Counted from the stretch's first letter, positions 10,040 to 19,928 are shown. The stretch is DNA of 64,000 nucleotides from an uncultured Chloroflexia bacterium (GCA_963813535.1 CAWEZH010000003.1:576001-640000); one strand, 5' to 3'. Made by a program: numbers and translations. The notes: generated from the letters alone by a model not told the origin.

Positions 10040-10954
10040 CTAGCCGCTCGACGCCGGGCTCGCGGTCCCGACCGAGACCGGATCGCTCGAGGGCGCGGTC
10101 ATCCCGGAACGGGGCTCACGCGTGACGGCCAGGACGATCCCGTCCTCGGCCGGGACACCGTCGGCCACGAAATACGCGACGCCGTCGTCTCCGACGCGGA
10201 CACCACCGAGGGCCGCAGGGGCGGTATCCGGCAGGATCATCCACGCCTCGTAGACCTCACTGCCGGTCGTCGGCGGCAGGTCGCGCATGGCGATCTGCAT
10301 CTCGCCATCGGCGGTGATGGCCGCCAGACCGTTCGGGCCCTGGCCGGACTGGTTCGTCATGATCGCGGTCAGCGCACCGGGCTGGCGGGCGGCGTCGAGC
10401 ACCGAGGCCACCTGGCGCTCGTACGCCCTCGCGTTGTCCAGCTGGCCCTGCAACGACAGGTTCCATGCCCCGACCAGCACGATGGCCAGGACCGCGGCGA
10501 TGCCCAGGACCCACGACAGGCGCGGCTGACGCCTCGAGTCGATCGGGGTCGGCCGTGGCGACGGGATCGCCTCGGCCGGGCGTGACGGCTCGTCGGCAGC
10601 GGGCGGCACGGTGGCGGCCGTCGTCGTGACGGTCTGGGTCGCGCCGGTCGCCGTCGCGGCGGGGGCGCTCGCCGTCGCCGCGGCCTCGCGTCGGCGAGCA
10701 TCCAGGTCCGCGGCCGCGGCCGCCATGATCCGGTCCTTGAGAGCCGGCGGTGGATCCATCGGTCGCAGGCCAGCGTGCAGCACAGGCAGCACGCCGCCGA
10801 GCTCGGCGATCTCCGGATGCGGTTCCGCGCAGGTCGAAAGATGCTCGCGAACCGCCGCCATCTCGTCGTCGGGCAGTGCGCCCAGCACGAACGAGGCGGC
10901 GAGGTCGGCGACCTCGTCACAGCGCAGCCCGCCCGGCGATCGCGGATCGGTCAC
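10040..10954 (-). CDS. Anti-sigma factor, RskA-like
   Basis: N-terminal ZAS-like segment, one TM, C-terminal YEAWMI...LAVTREP...PS. Confidence 0.88.
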   Translation of the reverse strand: MTDPRSPGGLRCDEVADLAASFVLGALPDDEMAAVREHLSTCAEPHPEIAELGGVLPVLHAGLRPMDPPPALKDRIMAAAAADLDARRREAAATASAPAATATGATQTVTTTAATVPPAADEPSRPAEAIPSPRPTPIDSRRQPRLSWVLGIAAVLAIVLVGAWNLSLQGQLDNARAYERQVASVLDAARQPGALTAIMTNQSGQGPNGLAAITADGEMQIAMRDLPPTTGSEVYEAWMILPDTAPAALGGVRVGDDGVAYFVADGVPAEDGIVLAVTREPRSGMTAPSSDPVSVGTASPASSG

Positions 10955-11538
10955 GGTGTGATCACCCTGCGCATGGCGAGCAGGCCGAGCCGCATGCGGC
11001 TCTTGACGGTGCCCAACGGCGTGCCTGTCCGCTCGGCGATCTCGACCTGGGTGAGACCACCGAAGTAGGCGAGCTCGAGCGCCTCACGCTGGACGTCGGT
11101 CAGTGACGCGAGAGCGGCACGCACCTCGTCCGCCTCGAGATTTGCCGATACCTCCGTCCATACGTCCGGCAGGCGCAGGGCGGGCGGCGGGGCGTCATCC
11201 CGCTCGGGCAGCTCGACGGTCGCCCGTCGGCGTCGGACCGCGTCGATCGCACGGTGGTGGACGATCGACAACAGCCATGTCTTGACGCTGCCGCGGCCCT
11301 CGACGTAGCGGGCTGCATTGCGCCAGGCGCCAAGGAACGCCTCCTGCACGACATCCTCGGCGAGGGTCGCGTCGTTCGTGATCCGATATGCGATGGAATA
11401 GGCCATGGTCTTGTAACGCTCGTACAGGTCGTCGAGCGCCCCGAGCTCCCCGCGGGCGATGCGCTCCAACGCCGCGCGATCCGCGTCGTCCGTGACGGTC
11501 GCCACGCGGAGCGGGAGTGGGCCCGACGACTCGCTCAT
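10951..11538 (-). CDS. ECF RNA polymerase sigma factor (SigK-like)
   Basis: AEDVVQEAF, WLLSIVHHRAID, LAYFGGLTQVEIAERTGTPLGTVKSRMR. Confidence 0.93.
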   Translation of the reverse strand: MSESSGPLPLRVATVTDDADRAALERIARGELGALDDLYERYKTMAYSIAYRITNDATLAEDVVQEAFLGAWRNAARYVEGRGSVKTWLLSIVHHRAIDAVRRRRATVELPERDDAPPPALRLPDVWTEVSANLEADEVRAALASLTDVQREALELAYFGGLTQVEIAERTGTPLGTVKSRMRLGLLAMRRVITP

Positions 11539-12224
11539 CCCCTACTGCGCACGCGGGGCGCCGGCGGTTCACTGTGCAGGACGCGATCGTCGACGATGGC
11601 CGCGATCTCCTCGCTCACCTGGTCGATGTCACCGGTGGCATCGACGATGGCGACGCGCCCGGGCTCCCCGGCGGCGATGGCCACGAACCCCTGCCGGACG
11701 CGGCGGTGGAAACCCAGGTCGTACTCGGCCTCGAACCTCGTCACATCGCCGGGCGCCTTGCGGGCGAGACCGGCCTCCACCGGGACGTCGAGGATCAGGG
11801 TCAGGTCGGGCCGCAGGCCGTCCGTCGCGGCATCCGCGAGGTCGCGCAGTCGCTCGATGTCGACACCCGCCCCGTAGCCCTGGTACGCCAGCGTCGAGTC
11901 CACGAACCGCGCGCAGATGACGGTGGTACCGGCCTCGAGGGCCGGGCGGATCACCTCGCGCACGAGCTGGCGGCGCGCGGCGTTGAAGAGCAGCGCATCG
12001 GCGAGCGGGTCGGTGGGTGCCGTCGAGCCGGTCCGTTCCAGCAACAGGTCGCGGATGCGCTCGCCGAGCCACGTCCCACCCGGCTCACGGGTCAGATGGA
12101 CAGCCGTCCCCCGCTCCCTCAGGTGTGCCGCGAGACGCTGGGCCTGCGTGGTCTTGCCGCCACCGTCCGGCCCGTCGATCGTGATGAACGCCCCGCGACC
12201 CGCGGTGGCGTGGCCTCCTGACAT
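11535..12224 (-). CDS. tmk: Thymidylate kinase
   Basis: FITIDGPDGGGKTTQ P-loop, TREPGGT, RFVDSTLAYQG, PDLTLILD. Confidence 0.95.
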   Translation of the reverse strand: MSGGHATAGRGAFITIDGPDGGGKTTQAQRLAAHLRERGTAVHLTREPGGTWLGERIRDLLLERTGSTAPTDPLADALLFNAARRQLVREVIRPALEAGTTVICARFVDSTLAYQGYGAGVDIERLRDLADAATDGLRPDLTLILDVPVEAGLARKAPGDVTRFEAEYDLGFHRRVRQGFVAIAAGEPGRVAIVDATGDIDQVSEEIAAIVDDRVLHSEPPAPRVRSRG

Positions 12225-12308
12225 CGGCCCGAGTGTAGCCGACACACCCCCATCGACCGGAGTGCCCGGGCTCATCCGATGGGGACTCCGGCGCGTACCC
12301 TCGACAAG

Positions 12309-13937
12309 ATGGGACGCTCCAGACGATCGCGCGCGATCCGCGTGCTCGCTGCCGCAGTGGCAGTGGGCCTCGTCCTGGCGCTCCCGTTGACCGTGATGGC
12401 CCATCCGCTGGGCAACTTCACGATCAACCACTTCGCGGAGGTCCGGGTCGAAGTCGATCGCGTCGTCCTCGACGTCGTGATCGACCAGGCCGAGATCCCG
12501 ACCTTCCAGGCTCGCCAGGACTTCGACCTCGATGCCGACGGTTCGCTCTCCGACGAGGAGATCGACGAAGGTCGACTGGCCGCCTGCGACACCATCGCCA
12601 GGTCGATCTCGCTGACGGGCGATGAGCGTCCGCTCGAGCCGCGGCTGGTCGAAGCGGGACTGTCGTTCCCGCTCGGCGTGGGCGGCTTGGCCACGATGCG
12701 CCAGGTCTGCGCCTTCGAAGCACCGCTCGGCCGGACGATCGATCCCGGTGGCGTCGACCTCGCCTTCACCGACGGCTCGTTCCCCGAGCGGGTCGGTTGG
12801 CGCGAGATCGTGGTGCGTGGATCCGGCGTTTCGGTCCGCGCCCTCGAGGGAGAGGTCCGCGCGGTCGGTGTCTCGGACCGGCTTCGTGCATACCCCGAGG
12901 ACCGGCTCGCCAGCCCGCTGTCGGATACTGCCGTGGTCGTTCGCGCCATACCGGGTGGCCCGGCTCTCCCACCGCTCGACATCCCCGATGCCGATCCCGT
13001 CGTGGCGGCCGCTTCTCCGGTCGGACCGTCGGCGGCCCCGTCAGCTGGGCCGTCGCCCGCGCCGTCCGGACTGCCAGACCCGACGCCTGCCGTCGTCCCG
13101 GGCGGCATCGCCGCCACCGAGCTGCCCGACATCTTCCGCCAGACCGATCTGACGCCCGTGGTCCTCCTCCTGTCGCTCGCGGCCGCGGCCGCCCTGGGTG
13201 CCGGTCACGCGCTGACGCCAGGGCACGGCAAGACCCTGATGGCGGCGTACCTCGTCGGGACGCGCGGTTCCGCTCGCCACGCGATCGGCCTGGGCGCCGC
13301 GGTGAGCGTGTCGCATACGGCCGGCATCCTCGTGCTGGCGACGATCATCGTGGCAGCGACCGACGTGATCGCCCCTGACACGGTCGTGCGCTGGGCGCCG
13401 GTCGTGGCAGCGGTCTCGATCCTGTTGATCGGGGGGTGGATGCTCCTGGGCGAGATCAGGCGGCGTCGAACGGCCCGGACCGGCCATCAGGGCGAGCATC
13501 GCCACGATCATGCGCATCCCCATGTCGAGGACCATGGCCACGTCCACCCCCACGTTCACGCCAACGAGCACGGACACCCGCACCCGCACGGCCACGCGGC
13601 GGGATCCACCATCACGTGGCGGAGCCTGTTCGTGCTCGGGCTGGCGGGTGGCTTGATCCCCTCGACCAGCGCCCTGCTGATCCTCCTCGGCTCGATCGCC
13701 GCCGGCCGACCCGCCTTCGGCCTCGTCCTTGTCGTTGCGTTCGGTCTGGGCATGGCCGCGGTCATGAGCGGGATCGGCCTCATCCTCGTGACGGCGCGTG
13801 ACCGGGTCGATCGGGTCCAGGCGGGTGCCGGCCTGGCACGCGTCCGCGAGGCCGTGCCGCTCGCCGCCGCGGTCGTGGTGCTCGGCTTCGGCGTCGTCCT
13901 CACGGCCCAGGCCCTATCGGCGGTGCGCGTCCTCTGA
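12309..13937 (+). CDS. RcnA/HoxN-like nickel-cobalt transporter with large extracytoplasmic N-domain; start approximate
   Basis: Signal peptide then HPLGNFTINH; GAGHALTPGHGK, SHT, His-rich loop, GGLIP...FGLGMA. Confidence 0.85.
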   Translation: MGRSRRSRAIRVLAAAVAVGLVLALPLTVMAHPLGNFTINHFAEVRVEVDRVVLDVVIDQAEIPTFQARQDFDLDADGSLSDEEIDEGRLAACDTIARSISLTGDERPLEPRLVEAGLSFPLGVGGLATMRQVCAFEAPLGRTIDPGGVDLAFTDGSFPERVGWREIVVRGSGVSVRALEGEVRAVGVSDRLRAYPEDRLASPLSDTAVVVRAIPGGPALPPLDIPDADPVVAAASPVGPSAAPSAGPSPAPSGLPDPTPAVVPGGIAATELPDIFRQTDLTPVVLLLSLAAAAALGAGHALTPGHGKTLMAAYLVGTRGSARHAIGLGAAVSVSHTAGILVLATIIVAATDVIAPDTVVRWAPVVAAVSILLIGGWMLLGEIRRRRTARTGHQGEHRHDHAHPHVEDHGHVHPHVHANEHGHPHPHGHAAGSTITWRSLFVLGLAGGLIPSTSALLILLGSIAAGRPAFGLVLVVAFGLGMAAVMSGIGLILVTARDRVDRVQAGAGLARVREAVPLAAAVVVLGFGVVLTAQALSAVRVL

Positions 13938-14006
13938 GCACCCGGCTCGGGATACGGAATCCACCCGAGTGCCGGCGCTCCCACCCGCTGGTAGGCTGAC
14001 CGACCC

Positions 14007-15455
14007 ATGCGAGACCTGACCGAGCGCGCGCTCGATACAGCCACGTCCCTCGGTGCCCGGTATGCGGACGTCCGGGTCGTTCGTCGCCTCGACGAGTCGA
14101 TCGCCATCAAGACCGGCCGGGTGGAGGGTGTCGCATCGAACGAGAGCGAAGGCTTCGGGATCCGCGTCCTCGTCGACGGCGCGTGGGGTTTCGCTAGCAG
14201 CCACCTCCTCGGCCTCGACGAGGCGGACCGCGTGGCGGGCGACGCCGTGCGAATCGCGCGAGCGAGCGCGACCGCCCTCCGCGAGCCAACCGAACTCGAC
14301 GACCGTGCGCCCGCCTACGGCCGCTACGAGACGCCGCTCGAAGAGGACCCGTTCAGCGTGCCGCTCGAGCGCAAGATCGGTGACCTCCTGGCCGCCGACC
14401 AGGCCGCCGCCAGGGTCACGGGCATCGCCTTCACCGAGTCGATGTACGCCGCCCAACGCGAATCGAAGACCTTCGCCGCCACCGATGGCTCGTTCACCGA
14501 GCAGACGATCACCCATGTCGGCTCGGCGGTCGAGGCCAACGCGGTCGACGGCGACGAGCATCAGCGCCGCTCCTACCCCGACTCCGGCGGAGGCTGGCAG
14601 GCGGCAGGGTATGAATACATCCGTGGCCTCGACCTGGCCATCCGTGCCGAGCCACTCGCCGACGAGGCAGTCGCCCTCCTGAGCGCACCGCAGTGCCCGA
14701 GTGGCCATTTCACGGTGGTCCTCGACCCGTCGCAGTTGTACCTCCAGGTCCACGAGAGCTGTGGGCATCCGACCGAGCTCGATCGGGTCTTCGGGACCGA
14801 GGCGTCCTACGCCGGGACGAGCTTCCTCACGACCGACAAGCTCGAGGAGGGGTTCCGCTACGGCTCCGACCTCGTGACGATCGTCGCCGACGCGACGGCC
14901 CCGGGCGGCATGGGCACGTTCGGCTGGGACGACGAGGGGGTCGGCGCGCAAGCGGTGCCGCTCGTGCAGGACGGCACGTTCGTCGGCTACCTGAGCAGCC
15001 GCGAGACGGCGCCGCGCATCGGCCGGTCGAGCAGCGGAGCGATGCGGGCCGACGGCTGGAACCGGATACCGCTCATCCGGATGACCAACATCAACCTGCT
15101 GCCCCGCCCCGGGATGAGTCTCGAGGACATCGTCGCGGACACCGACGACGGGCTGTACCTCGCATCGAACCGCTCGTGGTCGATCGATGACCGGCGCCTG
15201 AACTTCCAGTTCGCGACGGAGGTCGCGTACGAGATCAAGGGCGGCAAGAAGGGGCGGCTGTTCAAGAACCCGACCTACACCGGGATCACCTACGAATTCT
15301 GGCGATCGTGTGACGCCGTCGGCGACGAGCGGAGCTACGTGATGCTGGGCACGCCGAACTGCGGCAAGGGCGAGCCGAGCCAGACCGGACATGTCGGTCA
15401 TGCCGTCCCGGGCGCGCGCTTCCGGGATGTCCAGGTCGGGGTCGGCAAGTGGTGA
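14007..15455 (+). CDS. tldD: TldD metalloprotease subunit
   Basis: HESCGH (HExxxH), DDEG, RMTN, CGKG. Confidence 0.93.
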   Translation: MRDLTERALDTATSLGARYADVRVVRRLDESIAIKTGRVEGVASNESEGFGIRVLVDGAWGFASSHLLGLDEADRVAGDAVRIARASATALREPTELDDRAPAYGRYETPLEEDPFSVPLERKIGDLLAADQAAARVTGIAFTESMYAAQRESKTFAATDGSFTEQTITHVGSAVEANAVDGDEHQRRSYPDSGGGWQAAGYEYIRGLDLAIRAEPLADEAVALLSAPQCPSGHFTVVLDPSQLYLQVHESCGHPTELDRVFGTEASYAGTSFLTTDKLEEGFRYGSDLVTIVADATAPGGMGTFGWDDEGVGAQAVPLVQDGTFVGYLSSRETAPRIGRSSSGAMRADGWNRIPLIRMTNINLLPRPGMSLEDIVADTDDGLYLASNRSWSIDDRRLNFQFATEVAYEIKGGKKGRLFKNPTYTGITYEFWRSCDAVGDERSYVMLGTPNCGKGEPSQTGHVGHAVPGARFRDVQVGVGKW

Positions 15456-15462
15456 GCCGCCG

Positions 15463-16815
15463 ATGAACGACGATCGCGCGCACGACTCGCTCAGGCTCGC
15501 ACGACGCGCCCTCGACGCCGCGATGCACCAGGGCGCGACGGAGGCCGAAGCGCTGGTGCTGGCCGAGGACGCGTCGCTGACGCGGTTCGCCAACAGCCAG
15601 ATCCACCAGAACGTCGCCGAGCGCAACGTGACGGTCAACCTGCGCGTCGTGATCGGGAAGCGCGTCGGTGTCGCGTCGTCGGGGCGAACGGATGCCGACG
15701 GCCTGCTCCGGCTGGCTGAGAACGCCACGGCCATCGCGAGCGTCGTCGAGGAGCTCGACGATTGGGGGGGCCTCCCTCGCCCCACGACCGTCGAAGCCAC
15801 GACGGCGGGCTACGCGGCGGCGACCGCGGGGGCGTCTCCGGAGGTCCGCGCCGCAGGTGTTCGCCAGGTCATCGCCGCGGCGGACGATGCCGGCGTCACG
15901 GCCTTTGGCTCGTTCTCGTCGGGCACCGAGACGACGGCCGTCGCCAACTCGAATGGCGTCCGCGTCGGCGCAACGCGGACGGTCGCCCAGCTCCTCACCG
16001 TATCGATGGGACCCGGCGGCGGGAGCGGGTACGCCGAACAGGCCGCGGTCGACATCGACACCATCGACGCGGCCGGTATCGGTCGCGAGGCGGCCGGCAA
16101 GGCGCGTGCCACGGCGAACGCGGTGGCGATCGACGCCGGCGACTATCCGGTCGTCCTGGAGGAGTACGCGGTCGTCGACCTTCTCGACATGCTCGGATAC
16201 CTGGGGTTCTCGGCGCTTGCCGTCCAGGAGGAGCGCAGCTTCGTCGAGGTGGGCCGGAAGATCGGCAGCGACATCGTGTCGATCGTCGATGACGGGCACG
16301 ACCCAGCCGGCCTGCCGATGGCCTTCGACTACGAGGGTGTCGCCAAGCAGCGGGTCCCGTTGCTCGACGCCGGGGTGTGCCGTGGGGTGGTCCATGACTC
16401 GCAGACCGCGGCACGCGATGGCGTCGCCTCGACCGGCCACGGGCTGCCTGCCCCGAACCCGTGGGGACCGTTCCCGCTCAACATGGTGATGGCACCTGGG
16501 TCGGAGACCCGCGACGGATTGATCGCCGGTCTCGACCGCGGCCTGCTCGTCACGCGGTTCCACTACACCAATCCCGTCCACCCCAAGCTGGCGATCATCA
16601 CGGGCATGACCCGGGATGGGACGTTCCTCGTCGAGGACGGACGGATCGTCGGTCCGGTGCGAAACCTCCGGTTCACGCAGAGCTATCTCGAGGCGCTGGC
16701 GTGTACAGTCGCCGTAGCGAGTGAGCGCAAGACCCTCAAGGGCTTCCTTGGAGGGGTGGTCGTGCCGGCCATCCGGCTCGAGGGTTGGACGTTCACCGGA
16801 ACGACCGAACACTGA
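15463..16815 (+). CDS. pmbA: PmbA/TldE subunit
   Basis: LTRFANSQIHQN, FDYEG, STGH, TGMTRDG; no HExxxH; follows tldD. Confidence 0.88.
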   Translation: MNDDRAHDSLRLARRALDAAMHQGATEAEALVLAEDASLTRFANSQIHQNVAERNVTVNLRVVIGKRVGVASSGRTDADGLLRLAENATAIASVVEELDDWGGLPRPTTVEATTAGYAAATAGASPEVRAAGVRQVIAAADDAGVTAFGSFSSGTETTAVANSNGVRVGATRTVAQLLTVSMGPGGGSGYAEQAAVDIDTIDAAGIGREAAGKARATANAVAIDAGDYPVVLEEYAVVDLLDMLGYLGFSALAVQEERSFVEVGRKIGSDIVSIVDDGHDPAGLPMAFDYEGVAKQRVPLLDAGVCRGVVHDSQTAARDGVASTGHGLPAPNPWGPFPLNMVMAPGSETRDGLIAGLDRGLLVTRFHYTNPVHPKLAIITGMTRDGTFLVEDGRIVGPVRNLRFTQSYLEALACTVAVASERKTLKGFLGGVVVPAIRLEGWTFTGTTEH

Positions 16816-18216
16816 ATGAGCACGTTAGCTGGCGACTTCTGGGTCTGCGGCGACTGTCGGTCCATCAACAACGCTGGAGCCCGACAGTGCTACAACTGCC
16901 GCACGCCACGCGATAGGGCGGCGGTCGATCCGAGCACGATCGACCCGGCCCGACCCGGCAAGCTGCGAAAGGTCGAACTGCCCGGGTTCGAATCGTCGCG
17001 CTGGGCGGCGGTCCTGGCGACGATCCTCATCGTCGCGGTTGCCGTCCTGCAGGTCATCCAGTACAACCTCGTGGCGACGCTGCTCGGTCAGACCGTCGAT
17101 CCGACGGATGAGCAGATCCAGTACGTCGGCAGCGTCGGGATCGTCGCGTTCGGGATCGCGCTGCTCGCTCTGATCGCCTGGTCGTTGTGGCTGAGCCGGA
17201 CCGTGACGTCGATGCCTGCCCTCGGGCTGGGCTATCCACCGACGAACGGGATGATGGCGTTCGTCGAGAACTTCATCCCGATCCTGAACCTGTTCCGCGT
17301 GCCCGCGATCGTCCGCGATGTCGTCCGCCGGCTCGAACCCGCCGCCGGGCGCGGCGAGGCCCTCATCTTCGCTGCCTGGATCGGGCTGCTCGGTGGCTAC
17401 CTCGTCCCGCGGGTCTTTTCGTGGTTCGCGCGCGACCCCGACACCCTCGTCAGGGTCGCCGGGATCGGCACGGGCCTGGTCCTGGTCGGGGCGATCTTCA
17501 TGGTGGTGCTCATCTGGTGGGTGGAGCGCCACATCCGAGCGCGGCGCGAGATCCAGCTTGCCGAACTGCGTGACGAGGCACCGGCGGACACAGTCGGCAC
17601 GGTCACGTCGACGCTCGTCGATGTCGTCCAGACACGCACGGCGTTGGCTGCGGCGAGCGCGGCGCACGCAGCGGACGCGGCGGCGCCCCCGGCGGCCGCG
17701 GTCGGGCCGCTGGCCGCAGTCGCAGCATTCACGCTGCCGGTCGTGACGGAGCCCGAGCCGCAGGTCGCGGCCGAGCCGCCGGTCGCCGCCGAGCCACAGG
17801 TCGCCGCCGAGCCACAGGTCGCCGCCGAGCCGCCGGCAGCCACCGCGGCGCCGTTCGTGGCCGAGGCCGACGCCGTGGCGGGGGCGGAGCATGTCCCGGA
17901 ACCCGAGTCGGTGGCCGCAGAGCCTCCCGAACCGGCCGCTGCCGGGATCGAGCCTGCGCCCGAGACCGGGTCCGAACCTGCGGAGCCGCCGCACCTGATC
18001 ATCCGGGTCGCGAGCCGCGGCCTGATGACCGCCGAGATGGAGGGTGAGGTGGAGCACGTCATCCTCGACGACCTCGGTCCGTATGCGGCCGCCCTCGCCG
18101 AGGCAGGGGGGAACGCCACGATCGTCCTGCCGTCCGACGACGCGATGACGGACCTTATACGCCGTCGCGCGCAACGCATCCTCGAGGACGCCGGCGTCCA
18201 GGTCACGACCGACTGA
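16816..18216 (+). CDS. DUF4328-like membrane protein with N-terminal RanBP2-type zinc finger and acidic Pro/Ala repeat tail
   Basis: WVCGDCRSINNAGARQCYNC; FIPILNLF.VP..IVRDV; about 4 TM. Confidence 0.7.
   Translation: MSTLAGDFWVCGDCRSINNAGARQCYNCRTPRDRAAVDPSTIDPARPGKLRKVELPGFESSRWAAVLATILIVAVAVLQVIQYNLVATLLGQTVDPTDEQIQYVGSVGIVAFGIALLALIAWSLWLSRTVTSMPALGLGYPPTNGMMAFVENFIPILNLFRVPAIVRDVVRRLEPAAGRGEALIFAAWIGLLGGYLVPRVFSWFARDPDTLVRVAGIGTGLVLVGAIFMVVLIWWVERHIRARREIQLAELRDEAPADTVGTVTSTLVDVVQTRTALAAASAAHAADAAAPPAAAVGPLAAVAAFTLPVVTEPEPQVAAEPPVAAEPQVAAEPQVAAEPPAATAAPFVAEADAVAGAEHVPEPESVAAEPPEPAAAGIEPAPETGSEPAEPPHLIIRVASRGLMTAEMEGEVEHVILDDLGPYAAALAEAGGNATIVLPSDDAMTDLIRRRAQRILEDAGVQVTTD
17755..17841 (+). 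repeat. In-frame 18-bp tandem repeat, about 5 copies (EP[Q/P]VAA)
   Basis: gagcc(g/a)c(a/c)ggtcgc(g/c)gcc units starting at 17755, 17773, 17791, 17809, 17827 (last one partial). Confidence 0.9.
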
Positions 18217-18219
18217 TCG

Positions 18220-19470
18220 ATGTCCGAGCTCGACGTCGACGCCCTCCGGGCGGAGTTCCCGGCACTCCGGCGTCAGATGGACGGTCGAGCGGTCGTCTTC
18301 CTCGACGGTCCGGGCGGGACCCAGGTGCCGCAACGCGTCATCGATGCCGTGGCGGGCTATCTGACGGACACGAACGCGAACGCCGGCGGCGCGTTCGCGA
18401 CCAGCGAGGCGTCCGATGCGATGGTGGACGAGGCCCACGCCGCCGTCGCGGACTTCCTCGGCGCCGGCGGTCCCGACGAGATCAAGTTCGGCTACAACAT
18501 GTCGACGCTGACGCTCCACATCGGACGCAGCATCGGTGCGACCCTCGGACCGACCGATGAGATCGTCGTGACGACGCTCGACCACGAGGCGAACGTCAGC
18601 ACCTGGGAAGCCATGGCCGCCGAGCGCGGCGTCACGGTCCGCAAGGTCGACATCCGCGAGGACGACGTCACGCTCGACCTCGAGGATCTCGAATCGAAGC
18701 TCAACCCGCGCACCAGGCTGGTCGCGGTCGGCTATGCCAGCAACGCCGTCGGCACCATCAACCCGGTCCGCGAGATCGTGGCCAGGGCGCACGAGGTCGG
18801 GGCGCTGACCTACGTCGACGCGGTGGCGTTCGCACCGCACGGCCCCATCGACGTCCGAGCCCTCGACACGGACTTCCTCGTCTGCAGCGTGTACAAGTGG
18901 TTCGGCCCGCACCTGGGAGCCCTATATGGCAAGGCCGAGGTCCTCGACTCGCTGCCGGCGTTCAAGGTCCGTCCCGCTCACGACCAATTCGAGACGGGCA
19001 CGGCGGCGTTCGAGTCGGTCGCCGGGACGCTGGCCGCGACCGATTACCTGCGCGACATCGGTCGGCGCCACGGCGGGGCCGACGGCGCGACCCGGCGGGT
19101 CGAGCTCGTGGCGGGCATGACGGCGATCGTGGGCTACGAGCGCGCCCTCGTGACGCGCCTCATCGATGGCCTCGGAGCCATCCGCGGCGTGACGATCCAC
19201 GGCATCACCGAGCCGACGCGGTTCGACGAGCGCGTCCCGACCGTCTCGGTGTCCATCGACGGTGTCCACCCGCGGAACGCCGCGGAGACCCTCGGTCGGC
19301 GCGGGATCTTCGTCTGGGATGGCGACTTCTACGCGACCGGTCTCATCGAGCGACTCGGCAAGGCCGATGGCGGCGTCCTGCGGCTCGGGCTGGTCCACTA
19401 CAACACCGACGAGGAGGTCGACCGGACGCTCGAGGCGGTCGAGTCGATCGCCTCGGCGGCCGTGGTGTGA
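18220..19470 (+). CDS. Cysteine desulfurase-like PLP enzyme (class V aminotransferase lacking the catalytic Cys)
   Basis: FLDGPGGTQVP, LDHEANV, YVDAV, CSVYKWFGPH, WDGDFYA. Confidence 0.9.
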   Translation: MSELDVDALRAEFPALRRQMDGRAVVFLDGPGGTQVPQRVIDAVAGYLTDTNANAGGAFATSEASDAMVDEAHAAVADFLGAGGPDEIKFGYNMSTLTLHIGRSIGATLGPTDEIVVTTLDHEANVSTWEAMAAERGVTVRKVDIREDDVTLDLEDLESKLNPRTRLVAVGYASNAVGTINPVREIVARAHEVGALTYVDAVAFAPHGPIDVRALDTDFLVCSVYKWFGPHLGALYGKAEVLDSLPAFKVRPAHDQFETGTAAFESVAGTLAATDYLRDIGRRHGGADGATRRVELVAGMTAIVGYERALVTRLIDGLGAIRGVTIHGITEPTRFDERVPTVSVSIDGVHPRNAAETLGRRGIFVWDGDFYATGLIERLGKADGGVLRLGLVHYNTDEEVDRTLEAVESIASAAVV

Positions 19471-19928
19471 CCCGACCGGAGTCGATCCAGGCGCGCCTGG
19501 CGCGTCCTTTTGACCCCACGGAGCTGCGCCGCATCAAGCGGCTGTGGGTCCGTCATTCGATCGCCGAGGACCGGCGCGACATCGAGGGCCTGATCGCCAC
19601 CCTCTCGCCGGACTGCGTGTACGAGATCGCCGTCACCGGTCAGCGATGGGTCGGGCACGACGGCGCGCGGTCGTTCTACGCCGGATTGTTCGAAGCATTC
19701 CCCGACAACGCGTTCGCCCTCTCGGAGATCGTGATCGGCCCGCAGGGCGTCTTCGAGGTCGCGACGCTCAGCGGCACGAATTGCGGGCCGTGGGCCGGGC
19801 TGCCGCCGTCCGGGATGGCTGTTTCGCTCGAGGTCGTGATCCTGTTCCCGTGGGATCCGCTGAGCGGACGATTCCGCGGGGAGCGGATCTGGTTCGACCG
19901 GGAGTCGGTGTCGGGCGACCGCCCGTAG
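19467..19928 (+). CDS. SnoaL-like / NTF2-fold (ester cyclase) protein
   Basis: H..AED.RDIEG, GHDGARSFY..LF.AFPD, GERIWFD; GTGA overlap. Confidence 0.8.
   Translation: MTRPESIQARLARPFDPTELRRIKRLWVRHSIAEDRRDIEGLIATLSPDCVYEIAVTGQRWVGHDGARSFYAGLFEAFPDNAFALSEIVIGPQGVFEVATLSGTNCGPWAGLPPSGMAVSLEVVILFPWDPLSGRFRGERIWFDRESVSGDRP

Noticed and set aside
17755-17841. CRISPR-like array
   Set aside because: Contiguous in-frame 18-bp coding repeats with no spacers
13914-18912. Long antisense ORFs (e.g. 13914-15800, 16825-18912, and similar ones elsewhere)
   Set aside because: Shadow frames of well-supported genes caused by high GC; Arg/Pro-rich with no recognisable motifs
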